This document shows positions 17,701 to 26,890 of a DNA stretch of 32,000 bases, in pieces. Under the pieces are notes generated by a model. It had not been told where the DNA came from. It was given only the letters and a program-made list of their open reading frames with translations, and did not search any database. The translations under genes and the position numbers were made by a program. Location: the NCBI RefSeq assembly GCF_051307035.1, contig NZ_CP195536.1:2310001-2342000 (forward strand). Reading direction: 5' to 3'. Origin of the DNA: Psychrobacter sp. DM4 (GTDB taxonomy: Bacteria; Pseudomonadota; Gammaproteobacteria; Pseudomonadales; Moraxellaceae). The number at the start of each line of letters is the position of its first letter. The stretch's first letter is position 1.

Positions 17701-18033
17701 ATGAGTCATCAAGTGAGTATGACGGGACAAATCACCCCGGATCAAGTGCCTCTGATCGCCGAAAACGGCTTTAAAACTATCATCAATAACCGTCCTGATG
17801 GTGAAGAGCCGGGTCAACCGACCAGTGCTGAGATCGAAGCCGCTGCTACCGAAGCGGGTCTTGCATACAAAGAGGTGTCCTTTGCAGGTAGTGAGCTCAA
17901 TCAAAATCACGTCGAGGAGTTCGCGGACTTCTTTAATCAAGCTGAGCAGCCCATGCTCATATTTTGCCGTACGGGCAACCGCTCAACGGGCATTTATGAA
18001 GCCGCAAAGCGTATGGACTTGTTAGACGATTGA
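17701..18033 (+). CDS. DUF442 (TIGR01244-type) protein, paralog 2
   Basis: AGGAA RBS. GQITPDQVPLIAENGFKTIINNRPDGEEPGQP and the Cys loop FCRTGNRS closely match the DUF442 consensus. Confidence 0.8.
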   Translation: MSHQVSMTGQITPDQVPLIAENGFKTIINNRPDGEEPGQPTSAEIEAAATEAGLAYKEVSFAGSELNQNHVEEFADFFNQAEQPMLIFCRTGNRSTGIYEAAKRMDLLDD

Positions 18034-18049
18034 TTCGTTGACTGATACC

Positions 18050-18934
18050 TTAGTTACTTGATACCTTAAGATAGTTCTCACAGACCTCTGCTAGTTGCGC
18101 CCGTCCAAAGTTTGGATGGGCGTTTGCGGTTATGACCATCTCGATAATGACTTCAGGTAGCTTAGGTAATACAAACGGTAGTGGGTTGTTATCTTCTGTC
18201 AAGATAGTCATCTGACCTAAGCTAGTTTTTGCCACGACAGTAATGCCCTGCCCTGCCAGTACCAAACTTGCAATCGCGCCTACGCTATTGGCGCTACAAA
18301 TCACTTGACTGGCTATGTTTATCTGACTTAAACCTTGAATAGCCGAATGATGAAAATGACAGCTTTCATCAAAAAGGATCAAAGGCACACTAGACTTATC
18401 TTCGTAGTGCTGCTTTAGAGCAAGCGTATCACCGTTAAAGGCCCACATCCCTTCATCTTGTTGCAAAAATTGCCCCGCCGCGCGCGCGGAGGAGCGCGAT
18501 ACAATGGCAGTATCCAAAGTACCTGCGCTTAGCATTTCACGTAGGCGTATTGAGTTGTGGCAGTGCACATGAATGGGCAAATTCGGTACGCAAGTTTGTA
18601 TATGTGCCAGCATTTTAGGCAAGACCACTTGAGCATAATCATCAGGACACCCCAATTGCAGAGGTCTAATAATCTGCTTACTATCACGCAGCTGCCGCAG
18701 TGCATCATCATGCAAGCTAATAATGTGCCGCGCATAACCGAGCAAAAACTTCCCATCCTCTGATAGCTCAAGCAGCCGTCCTGACTTGGTAAATAGGGCT
18801 TTATCTGTCTGCTCAGCTAGTCTTTGCATCTTTTGACTGACCGCGCTTTGACTGCGATGCACCTGCTCTGCCGCTTGCGTATAGCTCCCTGTCTCGACCA
18901 CAGCTACAAAACAGCGTAAGGCCTCTATATCCAT
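18050..18934 (-). CDS. LysR-family transcriptional regulator
   Basis: N-terminal wHTH (LRCFVAVVETGSYTQAAEQVHRSQSAVSQKMQRLAEQ) plus a LysR substrate-binding domain. It is divergent from a GST gene. Confidence 0.85.
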   Translation of the reverse strand: MDIEALRCFVAVVETGSYTQAAEQVHRSQSAVSQKMQRLAEQTDKALFTKSGRLLELSEDGKFLLGYARHIISLHDDALRQLRDSKQIIRPLQLGCPDDYAQVVLPKMLAHIQTCVPNLPIHVHCHNSIRLREMLSAGTLDTAIVSRSSARAAGQFLQQDEGMWAFNGDTLALKQHYEDKSSVPLILFDESCHFHHSAIQGLSQINIASQVICSANSVGAIASLVLAGQGITVVAKTSLGQMTILTEDNNPLPFVLPKLPEVIIEMVITANAHPNFGRAQLAEVCENYLKVSSN

Positions 18935-19105
18935 TCACTAACCCTCTTGTTTAAATCGTTTCTATGTAGATTAGCATATTGTCATCTTTAATAAATAAAC
19001 CAAATTCTGCGAATTGCTTATAGGTGCTATTAAGATTTTGCGTTGGTAACTCACTATTACGATGGCGATAATGGAGCTTCATTTAGAGATTTATGGAGAA
19101 TAGAT

Positions 19106-19846
19106 ATGCAAAAACCCCTTCTCATTATCGGTAATAAAAACTACTCCTCATGGTCATTGCGAGCTTGGCTACTACTCAAAGCTTTCAATATTGATTTTGC
19201 TGAACAATCCATTGAATTGTTTCATCCTTCTGCAAAATCAGTGCTCGATGAGCATGCGCCTACAGGTAAAGTGCCTGTTTTGGTATACGGTCATGACAAA
19301 GTTAATAATAGCGACAAAGTTACGGTTTGGGACACCTTGGCGATTGTTATTCACGCCAATGATTATCTGACCGACTTAGATGTTTGGACAGGGCTGAGTC
19401 AGTCTGATAGTCAAAATAGAAAAGATAGCACCTATTGTCAAAGTATCGTCGCTGAGATGCATTCAGGACTGACGGGCATGCGTAGTGAGATGCCAATGAA
19501 TATAAGGGCAACGGCAAAGATACAACCCAGTGCGGCTTGTTTGGCTGATATCGCTCGTATAGAAGCGATCTTTGAAGAGTGTTTGACAAATAGAGCATCT
19601 GACAGCTACTTGTTTGGTCACTTCACAGCAGCCGATGCTTTTTTTGCGCCAGTCGTGCTACGCTTGCAAACTTATGCTAATACCTCTGACATAGTATTAA
19701 AATCAACGACCAAACAGTATTGTGAGACAATGTTGAACAATCGTCATATACAATCTTGGATCGACTCAGCTTTAAAAGAGACACGCGTAATCAAAGAAGA
19801 TGAAGCAGGTGAGATAGTTTCGATAGTTGGGGTATTAGCGGATTAA
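19106..19846 (+). CDS. Glutathione S-transferase family protein
   Basis: ATG at 19106 with a GGAGAA RBS. It has the N-terminal thioredoxin-like GST motif IGNKNYSSWSLRAWLLL and the VPVL cis-Pro block. Confidence 0.8.
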   Translation: MQKPLLIIGNKNYSSWSLRAWLLLKAFNIDFAEQSIELFHPSAKSVLDEHAPTGKVPVLVYGHDKVNNSDKVTVWDTLAIVIHANDYLTDLDVWTGLSQSDSQNRKDSTYCQSIVAEMHSGLTGMRSEMPMNIRATAKIQPSAACLADIARIEAIFEECLTNRASDSYLFGHFTAADAFFAPVVLRLQTYANTSDIVLKSTTKQYCETMLNNRHIQSWIDSALKETRVIKEDEAGEIVSIVGVLAD

Positions 19847-19971
19847 AAGTGAATTCAACTTGTAAAATGTTTGCTAAATTTTTAATAGCGTTTAAGATGA
19901 TAGAACCACAAGGAATGTGCTCTATCTAAAAAGTCATTCTAATACGGCTTTTAATTTTACAAGGACGTTTT

Positions 19972-20832
19972 ATGAGTAATATTGCTTTAGCCTTACTGCC
20001 GTTAGCACTCGCCTACATTATGTTCACTTTAGGCACTGGGCTAAAACCTAGTGATTTCAAAATTATCGCCACCAATCCTAAAGCGTTCTTTGTTGGCCTC
20101 TTTAACCAAGTTATTCTAGTGCCAGTGGTCGCCCTTATCATCGTCCTTATCACCACGCCGCCACCCGCTATTGCCTTTGGTATTATGCTGATTAGCTTTT
20201 GTCCTGGTGGCGTCACCAGTAATCTACTAACCTATTATGCCAAGGGCAATGTAGCGTTATCGGTTGCACTAACAGGCATTGTCAGTCTACTATCCGTTAT
20301 TACCTTGCCCATTCTTATCACTTTAGCTTTTGACTATTTTATGCAAGATCAGGCTGGTACGATTAGCGCGTTTAAAATAGGTCTGGTGATGTTTTTATTG
20401 ACGACGTTACCTGTCAGCATCGGTATGTTTGCACGCTACAAGTTCACAAGGTTTATGGAACGTAGAAGTGGTATCCTAAATGGTATCTCTAGCGTGTTCT
20501 TTGTACTCATCGTCTTTGCGGTTATCGCTACCAACTTGGAGCTGTTAAAGTCGCAACTCACCTCTATTGGGCTTGAGCTGGTTCTACTTATCGTTATCTT
20601 ATTTGTACTGAGTATGCTCATTGCTCGACTGTTTAAATTAAGCTGGTTCGACACCAAGACCGTATCTATAGAGACCAGTATTCAGAACAGTACAACTGCT
20701 ATCACCCTAGCGCCAATCATTATGGGCACGACTGTTGCCCTACCTGCTATTGCTCTACCTGCCGCTGTGTATGGCGTATTGATGTATATCATTGCTATTC
20801 CGATTATTGCTCTGATTCGGAATAAAAACTGA
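19972..20832 (+). CDS. Bile acid:sodium symporter (BASS) family transporter
   Basis: AAGGA RBS. It is a polytopic membrane protein with the BASS signature FCPGGVTSN. Confidence 0.85.
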   Translation: MSNIALALLPLALAYIMFTLGTGLKPSDFKIIATNPKAFFVGLFNQVILVPVVALIIVLITTPPPAIAFGIMLISFCPGGVTSNLLTYYAKGNVALSVALTGIVSLLSVITLPILITLAFDYFMQDQAGTISAFKIGLVMFLLTTLPVSIGMFARYKFTRFMERRSGILNGISSVFFVLIVFAVIATNLELLKSQLTSIGLELVLLIVILFVLSMLIARLFKLSWFDTKTVSIETSIQNSTTAITLAPIIMGTTVALPAIALPAAVYGVLMYIIAIPIIALIRNKN

Positions 20833-20861
20833 TATTAGCGACTGCTAAAAATAGTAGTCAC

Positions 20862-20905
20862 AAAAAAACCACCTCAACCATGCTCGTAGGCTGAAGTGGT
20901 TTTTT
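20862..20905. terminator. Bidirectional terminator between the convergent BASS and AGCS genes
   Basis: A7-CCACCTCAACC...GGCTGAAGTGG-T5: an 11-bp stem with two mismatches. Confidence 0.7.
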
Positions 20906-20932
20906 ATTCATAAGACATAAAGTACATTTAAA

Positions 20933-22381
20933 CTACTTCTTCTGCTCTAAAGCCTCTTCTACCGCTTCTTTACCCCAAGCACTCAAATCGATATCCAACT
21001 TCTCATACTGCTGCGCGTCGAATAACGGCTCTTTTACCCCTGATTTTAACTGTCTTGCAAAGTCATCAAGTAAGCGCTTAGCGCGCGGAAATAGCATAAT
21101 GAGAGCTAGTAAGTTTGCTAAGGCCAGCAGACCCATCAATGGATCAGCAAAGAAGAATACAGCGGTTGCCGTTGGCGCTACTGCACCGATAAATAATATC
21201 GCGACAACCACAAGTCGTAAAACCAAGGTCGCCATTTTAATATTCTTTTTGACCAAAAAGTTAATGGCGTTTTCGCCCATATAATAGTTATACATAATAG
21301 AGCTTAAGGCAAATAACAATATCGCTATAGTCAAGATATACTGTGACCAATCCCCAAGCTGAGTCGTCAGCGCCTGCTGAGCCAGTACAATACCATCGAC
21401 TTCAGCCCCTGGCTGATACACCCCACTCAGTAAAATCATAAATGCCGTTGCACTACACACCACAATCGTATCAATAAACACCGATAACGACTGCGAGATA
21501 CCTTGACTAACAGGATGGGTTGCATAAGCAGTAGCTGCGATATTGGGCGCAGAGCCCAAACCTGCTTCATTAGAGAATAAGCCCCGCTTCATACCTTGCT
21601 CAATCGCCACACCAATACCACCGCCTACGACAGACTCAATACCAAAGGCATTTTTGACTATCATAACCATTAGCGCTGGCAGTTCTGTAAAGTTTAGCGC
21701 GATAATAATAAGTGCCATACCAATATAGATTAGCGCCATAACTGGAATAACCACGTCTGCGACTTTCGCAATACGCTGAATACCGCCAAAGACGATAAAC
21801 CCACCCGCAATAACCAGTATTACGCCTGATATCCAACGATCAATCCCAAAGCTTTCAAGAGCAGAACCTGCCACAGTATTACCTTGGAACGCTACAAAGC
21901 CGATGGAGAAAGACAGGAGCAGTGAGATAGCATATATCACGGCGAGCCAACGATAATCTTTGCCTAAACCGTGCAAGATATAAGTCGCAGGACCACCGCG
22001 AAAATTACCATCGACATCTTTTCGCTTATACAGCTGAGCCAAACTACACTCAACAATACTAGTCATCATTCCAATCAAGGCGACGACCCACATCCAGAAT
22101 ATCGCACCTGGACCACCCAGTGAGATCGCTACAGCAACACCTGCAATATTACCGCCGCCGACCCGTCCGCCGATAGATACTAGCAAGGCTTGACGAGCAG
22201 AAATTCCCTCGTCTCCTACCTCATCTGTTCTAAATACCCTAAACATACGCTTAAAATATCTGAACTGCGCGAACCTACCTACTATGGTAAATAGCAATCC
22301 GAAAATAATGAGCATTGGGACGAGTGCCCAACCCCATGTTAAGTCTCCAATTAAAGAGAAAAAGGCTTCAATATATTCCAT
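20933..22381 (-). CDS. Alanine/glycine:cation symporter (AGCS) family transporter
   Basis: AGCS blocks GGRVGGGNIAGVAVAISLGGPGAIFWMW and GLFSNEAGLGSAP. The ATG at 22381 has AAGGAAG 7 nt upstream. The track start at 22408 adds 9 aa. Confidence 0.9.
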   Translation of the reverse strand: MEYIEAFFSLIGDLTWGWALVPMLIIFGLLFTIVGRFAQFRYFKRMFRVFRTDEVGDEGISARQALLVSIGGRVGGGNIAGVAVAISLGGPGAIFWMWVVALIGMMTSIVECSLAQLYKRKDVDGNFRGGPATYILHGLGKDYRWLAVIYAISLLLSFSIGFVAFQGNTVAGSALESFGIDRWISGVILVIAGGFIVFGGIQRIAKVADVVIPVMALIYIGMALIIIALNFTELPALMVMIVKNAFGIESVVGGGIGVAIEQGMKRGLFSNEAGLGSAPNIAATAYATHPVSQGISQSLSVFIDTIVVCSATAFMILLSGVYQPGAEVDGIVLAQQALTTQLGDWSQYILTIAILLFALSSIMYNYYMGENAINFLVKKNIKMATLVLRLVVVAILFIGAVAPTATAVFFFADPLMGLLALANLLALIMLFPRAKRLLDDFARQLKSGVKEPLFDAQQYEKLDIDLSAWGKEAVEEALEQKK

Positions 22382-22554
22382 AATTGTCTTCCTTGAGCGA
22401 TGTGACACAGCGACATATTTTATTAATAGTATTACTAAACCAAAGAAAATATTTACTCTAAACCATACTACTTTTTAGGGGTAATATTCCTCATTATGTC
22501 GCTTAAATAACTACCTTGTAAACACTAGACTGAGCTTTATCTGAGTAATGACAC

Positions 22555-22589
22555 AAAAAAGCCACCTCAAAAAGAGGTGGCTTTTTTTT
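22555..22589 (-). terminator. Strong rho-independent terminator (probably the ancestral ahpF terminator)
   Basis: GCCACCTC-aaaaa-GAGGTGGC, a perfect 8-bp GC-rich stem flanked by A6 and T8. It lies 14 nt downstream (minus-strand sense) of the ahpF 3' ghost. Confidence 0.8.
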
Positions 22590-22603
22590 AAACTTACTAG
22601 ATT

Positions 22604-22657
22604 CTATTGCATAACTAAATATTCAAACGCACTTAAAGCGGCTTTACTACCCTCGCC
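22604..22657 (-). pseudogene. Orphan 3'-terminal fragment of an ahpF allele (last 17 codons plus stop)
   Basis: The minus strand reads [17 protein letters not shown], identical in amino acids to the C-terminus of the intact ahpF 152 bp away. 42 nt are identical (22617-22658 vs 22769-22810). The four nucleotide differences are all synonymous or stop-to-stop. Confidence 0.85.
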
Positions 22658-22755
22658 CTGAAAGCCGTAAAAAAAAATTGCATGTCAATTTTAGGCTTGC
22701 AAGGGAAATCTTTTAAATAAGATTTCCGATGGGCTGCTTTCTATTAAACATAGAC

Positions 22756-24336
22756 TTACTGCATTACCAAATATTCAAACGCACTTAAAGCGGCTTTACT
22801 ACCCTCGCCCATAGCAATGTTAATCTGCTTAAAGGGTACTGTGGTCACATCCCCACAAGCAAAGATGCCTCTGCGATCGGTGCGGCAGCGCTCATCAATC
22901 TCAACTTCACCAAAACGGTTTAGATCGACAAAACCTTTGATAAATCCAGAGTTTGGAATCAGACCTATCTGTACAAACACCCCTTCTAAATCACGCTCAT
23001 GAGTCTCGCCCGTTTTGCGATCTTCAAAGACAATAGAGCTCACTTTACCATCAGTGGCTTTGATCTCTTTGGTCGCAGCACCTGTGATGAACTCAATGTT
23101 CGACTTCTCTTTGGCTTTATTGATCAAGACTTGATCGGCTTTTAATTCATCAGCGAACTCAAGCACGGTTACGCTTTTGACGATACCTGCCAAATCAAGC
23201 GCGGCCTCGACTCCTGAGTTACCACCGCCAACGACGGAGATATCTTTACCCTTAAAGAAAGGACCATCACAATGCGCGCAGTACGCCACGCCTTTGCCCG
23301 TATTTTCTTCTTCACCTGGAACACCAAGTTTACGCCACTGAGCGCCTGTCGCTAGGATAATACTACGTGTCTCAAAACGCTCGCCTGTATTGAGATGAAT
23401 GCTGTAGTTCTCATCGGCAGTCTCATCGATCTCTTTGACCGTCACATGCTGCTTGAGAGTAATATTGTACTCTTCTATATGTTTGACAAAATCGGCTGAT
23501 AAATTAGTGCCGTTAGTTAAAGGCACCGAGATCAAATTCTCGATGTCTTGTGTGTCTTTGACCTGACCACCGATACGATCAGCGACCATAGTGACTTTTA
23601 GACCTTTACGAGCGGTATAAATGGCAGCGGCAACGCCAGCAGGACCTGCCCCGATAATAGTGACATCTTGCTGCTCTAATTGCTCAGCGTCGTCATCGCT
23701 ACCTTCGCTCATTAGATCAGGGAACTGCTCTTGTAACTTAGTAATTAGTTTAGCCGTATCAATGAGACCATTAGCAAACGGCTTACCGTTTAGAAATACC
23801 GCAGGTACGCCTTGGATCTTGTTCGCCTCTACTTGCTCTTGAAATAACGCGCCATCAATCATCTCATTGCTGATACCTTCGTTGAGCAATGAGAATTGGT
23901 TGAGCGCTTGCACCACTTCTGGGCAACTGTGACAAGACAGTGACACATACGTTTGAAACTCTAGCGGCTGATTGAAGCGTTTGACTAGCTTTTGAATGCC
24001 CTCGTCTAGCTTGAGCGTATGACCGCCCGCCTGCAAAATAGCTAATATTAAAGAGGTAAACTCATGACCGCCTGGAATACCGCTGAACACAATACCTGTA
24101 TCGGTTTGTGCGCCATCAATATGACTATATACAGCAAAGCTAATAGGACTTGGCAGACTGTCATCAGTCGCTACTGGATCAAAATTGATCTTGTCCGTCG
24201 TACCTGCAATTTTGGTCAAAAAATCAATCAGCTCAGCACGTTTACTGTGCTCACCGCTGCCTAATACAAAGGTAATTGGGCGAGTCATGTTTTCGCTATA
24301 GCTTTTTACAGCGTCTAATAAACTTTGGTCTATCAT
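22756..24336 (-). CDS. ahpF: Alkyl hydroperoxide reductase subunit F
   Basis: 526 aa with an AAGGAA RBS. It has the N-terminal redox CHSC ([10 protein letters not shown]), the FAD motif [12 protein letters not shown], the CAHC disulfide ([11 protein letters not shown]) and the NADH motif [10 protein letters not shown]. Confidence 0.96.
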   Translation of the reverse strand: MIDQSLLDAVKSYSENMTRPITFVLGSGEHSKRAELIDFLTKIAGTTDKINFDPVATDDSLPSPISFAVYSHIDGAQTDTGIVFSGIPGGHEFTSLILAILQAGGHTLKLDEGIQKLVKRFNQPLEFQTYVSLSCHSCPEVVQALNQFSLLNEGISNEMIDGALFQEQVEANKIQGVPAVFLNGKPFANGLIDTAKLITKLQEQFPDLMSEGSDDDAEQLEQQDVTIIGAGPAGVAAAIYTARKGLKVTMVADRIGGQVKDTQDIENLISVPLTNGTNLSADFVKHIEEYNITLKQHVTVKEIDETADENYSIHLNTGERFETRSIILATGAQWRKLGVPGEEENTGKGVAYCAHCDGPFFKGKDISVVGGGNSGVEAALDLAGIVKSVTVLEFADELKADQVLINKAKEKSNIEFITGAATKEIKATDGKVSSIVFEDRKTGETHERDLEGVFVQIGLIPNSGFIKGFVDLNRFGEVEIDERCRTDRRGIFACGDVTTVPFKQINIAMGEGSKAALSAFEYLVMQ

Positions 24337-24757
24337 GTTTGTTCCTTAATATTGTTAATTAGGTAACGGCAGCTATCAGGTTGCTCGTTTGAATCTTTAT
24401 AGTTTGAGGCAGATGCAATAAAAAATACTTAATAAATAAAAAGGCTAATACCCTTTGATGTCCCTATTATCATAGGTTTACGCACTCTGAGCAAGCGGAT
24501 AAACTCAAACCTAATGTTTTATAAAACAAATCGTTAACTGATATATTTTATTAATTATAAAACCATGTAAGATTTATTGTCATAGTATCAAGGGTATTTA
24601 TTCGCTACAATCGAGTAAGACCAATAGAAAAGCTGTACTTATTTGTCTTTATATCTTCTACATCAAAAGATATGAGTTCCACCTTAATCGTAGCACTCTT
24701 ACTGACACTCTAACTTGCAATGCGCGAAGGCTTGCGCTCACTAAAAAGGATGATCAC

Positions 24758-25000
24758 ATGAGAAAGACGGATACTTGGCAGGACAATAGAGATATTATCG
24801 CTGAGCTCAAGCAAAAGGATGACCATTTCGCGGTTATTTTTGATGAGCATACTAAACTGGATCAACAGATCAACCAACTCGATAAAGACAGAGTGAAAAA
24901 TACCAGCCGTGATGACGAAATCGAGCACATGAAGCGACGAAAACTACATCTAAAAGATGAGATTTATCAAATAATCGATAAGAACAAAATACAGTCCTAA
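24758..25000 (+). CDS. DUF465 (YdcH-like) small coiled-coil protein
   Basis: 80 aa with an AAGGA RBS. The pattern LKQKDDHFAVIFDEHTKLDQQINQL...DDEIEHMKRRKLHLKDEI is the DUF465 signature. Confidence 0.75.
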   Translation: MRKTDTWQDNRDIIAELKQKDDHFAVIFDEHTKLDQQINQLDKDRVKNTSRDDEIEHMKRRKLHLKDEIYQIIDKNKIQS

Positions 25001-25054
25001 GTGCTAACTATCAATAAAGACTAAGCATAACAGACAATAATTATAAGACATAAA

Positions 25055-25086
25055 AAGACCCTACCAGCTTATACTGATAGGGTCTT
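25055..25086. terminator. Hairpin terminator shared by the convergent ahpC and DUF465 genes
   Basis: AAGACCCTAcCAG...CTGATAGGGTCTT, a ~12-bp stem with one bulge. The T5 tract is on the minus strand (ahpC side) and a weaker T-rich tract is on the plus strand. Confidence 0.65.
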
Positions 25087-25135
25087 CTTTATGGTTTGGC
25101 TAAACATCTATAAGGATTGTTTATATAGCAATCGC

Positions 25136-25702
25136 TTAGATCTTACCAACGAGATCAAGACTTGGCTTCAACGTATCGCCGCCTTGTTCCCACGCTGCTG
25201 GACAGACTTCACCGTCGTTTTCGCGAACATATTGCGCCGCTTTTACTTTACGTAGCATATCTTTTGCGCTACGACCAATGCCGCCTGCATGTATCTCTGC
25301 AACTTGGATTAGGCCATCAGGATCAATTAGGAACGTGCCGCGCTCAGCAAGGCCTGCTTCTTCAATCATAACATTAAAACCGCGAGTGATACGGCCAGTA
25401 GGATCGCCAATCATTGGATAAGTCACTTTACCGATAGCATCTGAAGAATCGTGCCATGCTTTGTGGGTAAAATGAGTATCAGTCGATACTGAGTAGACTT
25501 CTACGCCAAGGCCTTGCAATTCTTCGTAATGAGCGGCCATGTCCTCTAACTCAGTTGGACATACAAAGGTAAAGTCAGCTGGGTAAAATAAGAATATTGC
25601 CCAATTGCCTTTTACGTCGTCTGAGGTGATCGTTTTGAATTCACCATTAACATACGCATCAGCTGAGAATTCTGGGATTTCTTGATTGATAATAGACGCC
25701 AT
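25136..25702 (-). CDS. ahpC: Alkyl hydroperoxide reductase subunit C (2-Cys peroxiredoxin)
   Basis: AAGGAG RBS. It has the peroxidatic Cys motif FTFVCPTEL and the resolving Cys EVCPAAW, at a canonical length of 188 aa. Confidence 0.97.
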   Translation of the reverse strand: MASIINQEIPEFSADAYVNGEFKTITSDDVKGNWAIFLFYPADFTFVCPTELEDMAAHYEELQGLGVEVYSVSTDTHFTHKAWHDSSDAIGKVTYPMIGDPTGRITRGFNVMIEEAGLAERGTFLIDPDGLIQVAEIHAGGIGRSAKDMLRKVKAAQYVRENDGEVCPAAWEQGGDTLKPSLDLVGKI

Positions 25703-25980
25703 AATTGGCTCCTTTAAAGTTAGTAAATTGAGATATAATTATTGGGTTGTTCAATTTAAGCCATGAGTTATCTTGGCTACCTGACAAACTATACGCCAAT
25801 TCTACGATTACTCCAGTTAAAAGATTTTAACTTGATGTTTTGTTTTATTAATCTTGGTAAACTGTCTTATCTCATTTTCAGTCTTAGTAAGTAGATGAGT
25901 CCTATAAGTACTAAGTAGCTCAAATTTTGCTTTTTATTAGTCCTTGACCCTTTTTGTTAAACGTTTTAAAGAGACCTTTT

Positions 25981-26889
25981 ATGATTACCCTACGTCAACT
26001 CGAATTTGCTTTAGCCGTTGCCAAACACCGCCATTTCAAACGCGCCGCTGAGGACTGTAATATCTCTCAATCAGCGCTAAGTTTAGGTATCGCAGAATTA
26101 GAAAAGCAGCTCGATACGCAAATATTTGAGCGCAACAATAAGCAAGTGCTCATTACGCCTATCGGTCAGGACATCTTAACGCGAGCGCAGCGTATATTCT
26201 CAGAGGTCAATGATTTGACCACTCGTGCTCAAAGTCATCAGTCACCGCTCGCCTACCCGATGACTGTCGGTATTATTCCGACGATTGCCCCTTATCTATT
26301 GCCAAAGGTCCTGCCTGCGCTGCGCGCGCACTATCCAGAATTTCGAATGACTATCGTCGAGCAGCAGACTGAGCGTTTGCTTGAGCAAGTGCGTTACGGT
26401 CATATCGATACGGCGATTATCGCTCTACCTTATGCAGTAGATGGCTTACATAGTTTTGAGTTTTGGGCTGAGGACTTTTTTGCGGTATTCCCAAAGGATG
26501 ATGTGCATGCCAAGCTTGAGACCATCAACGCAGATGAGCTAGCAACGGCTAACCTTATGCTACTAGGCGAAGGACATTGTCTCACTGATCAGACGCTATC
26601 AGTCTGTCATTTTGATCGCGCGCAAATGAAATCTAGCTTCTCTGATGCTAGCCTTAACACTTTGATCCAAATGGCGCTTGCGAATATGGGTACGACTTTA
26701 GTACCTGAGATGGCCCTCGATCAATTACATCTGCAGAACCAGAATGCGGTAGCCGTGCCACTAGCAGAGGCAGGTCCTCATCGCAAAATCGCCTTTGTCA
26801 CCCGCTTAAATTATGCGCGCGTGGATGATGTCAATTTGCTCGGTCAAGTGTTTGGTCAGGCTTTTGAAAATGATGCCAAGCGGCGCTAG
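25981..26889 (+). CDS. oxyR: Hydrogen peroxide-inducible LysR-type regulator OxyR
   Basis: It has a LysR wHTH (LRQLEFALAVAKHRHFKRAAEDCNISQSALS). The redox pair GEGHCLTDQTLSVCHF has the same spacing as E. coli Cys199/Cys208. The gene is divergent from ahpC. The ATG at 25981 is preferred over the track TTG at 25954. Confidence 0.85.
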   Translation: MITLRQLEFALAVAKHRHFKRAAEDCNISQSALSLGIAELEKQLDTQIFERNNKQVLITPIGQDILTRAQRIFSEVNDLTTRAQSHQSPLAYPMTVGIIPTIAPYLLPKVLPALRAHYPEFRMTIVEQQTERLLEQVRYGHIDTAIIALPYAVDGLHSFEFWAEDFFAVFPKDDVHAKLETINADELATANLMLLGEGHCLTDQTLSVCHFDRAQMKSSFSDASLNTLIQMALANMGTTLVPEMALDQLHLQNQNAVAVPLAEAGPHRKIAFVTRLNYARVDDVNLLGQVFGQAFENDAKRR

Positions 26890-26890
26890 C

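Noticed and set aside
22382-22555. Possible glycine riboswitch in the leader of the alanine/glycine:cation symporter
   Set aside because: Reading the minus-strand leader shows none of the conserved glycine-aptamer elements, such as GGAGAG...CACCG...GGGGCAA-type cores. It is simply AT-rich promoter and leader sequence.
24672-24713. 13-codon hydrophobic mini-ORF (MSSTLIVALLLTL) in the ahpF upstream region
   Set aside because: It has no Shine-Dalgarno sequence, is very short, and lies in AT-rich DNA where such ORFs arise by chance.
25883-25921. Candidate OxyR operator (CTTAGTAAGTAGATGAGTCCTATAAGTACTAAGTAG) in the ahpC <> oxyR intergenic region
   Set aside because: It contains TAG/CTA elements at roughly helical spacing. 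However, I cannot align it convincingly to the ATAG-N7-CTAT-N7-ATAG-N7-CTAT consensus by eye. An OxyR site is expected somewhere in 25703-25980, but I cannot place it.
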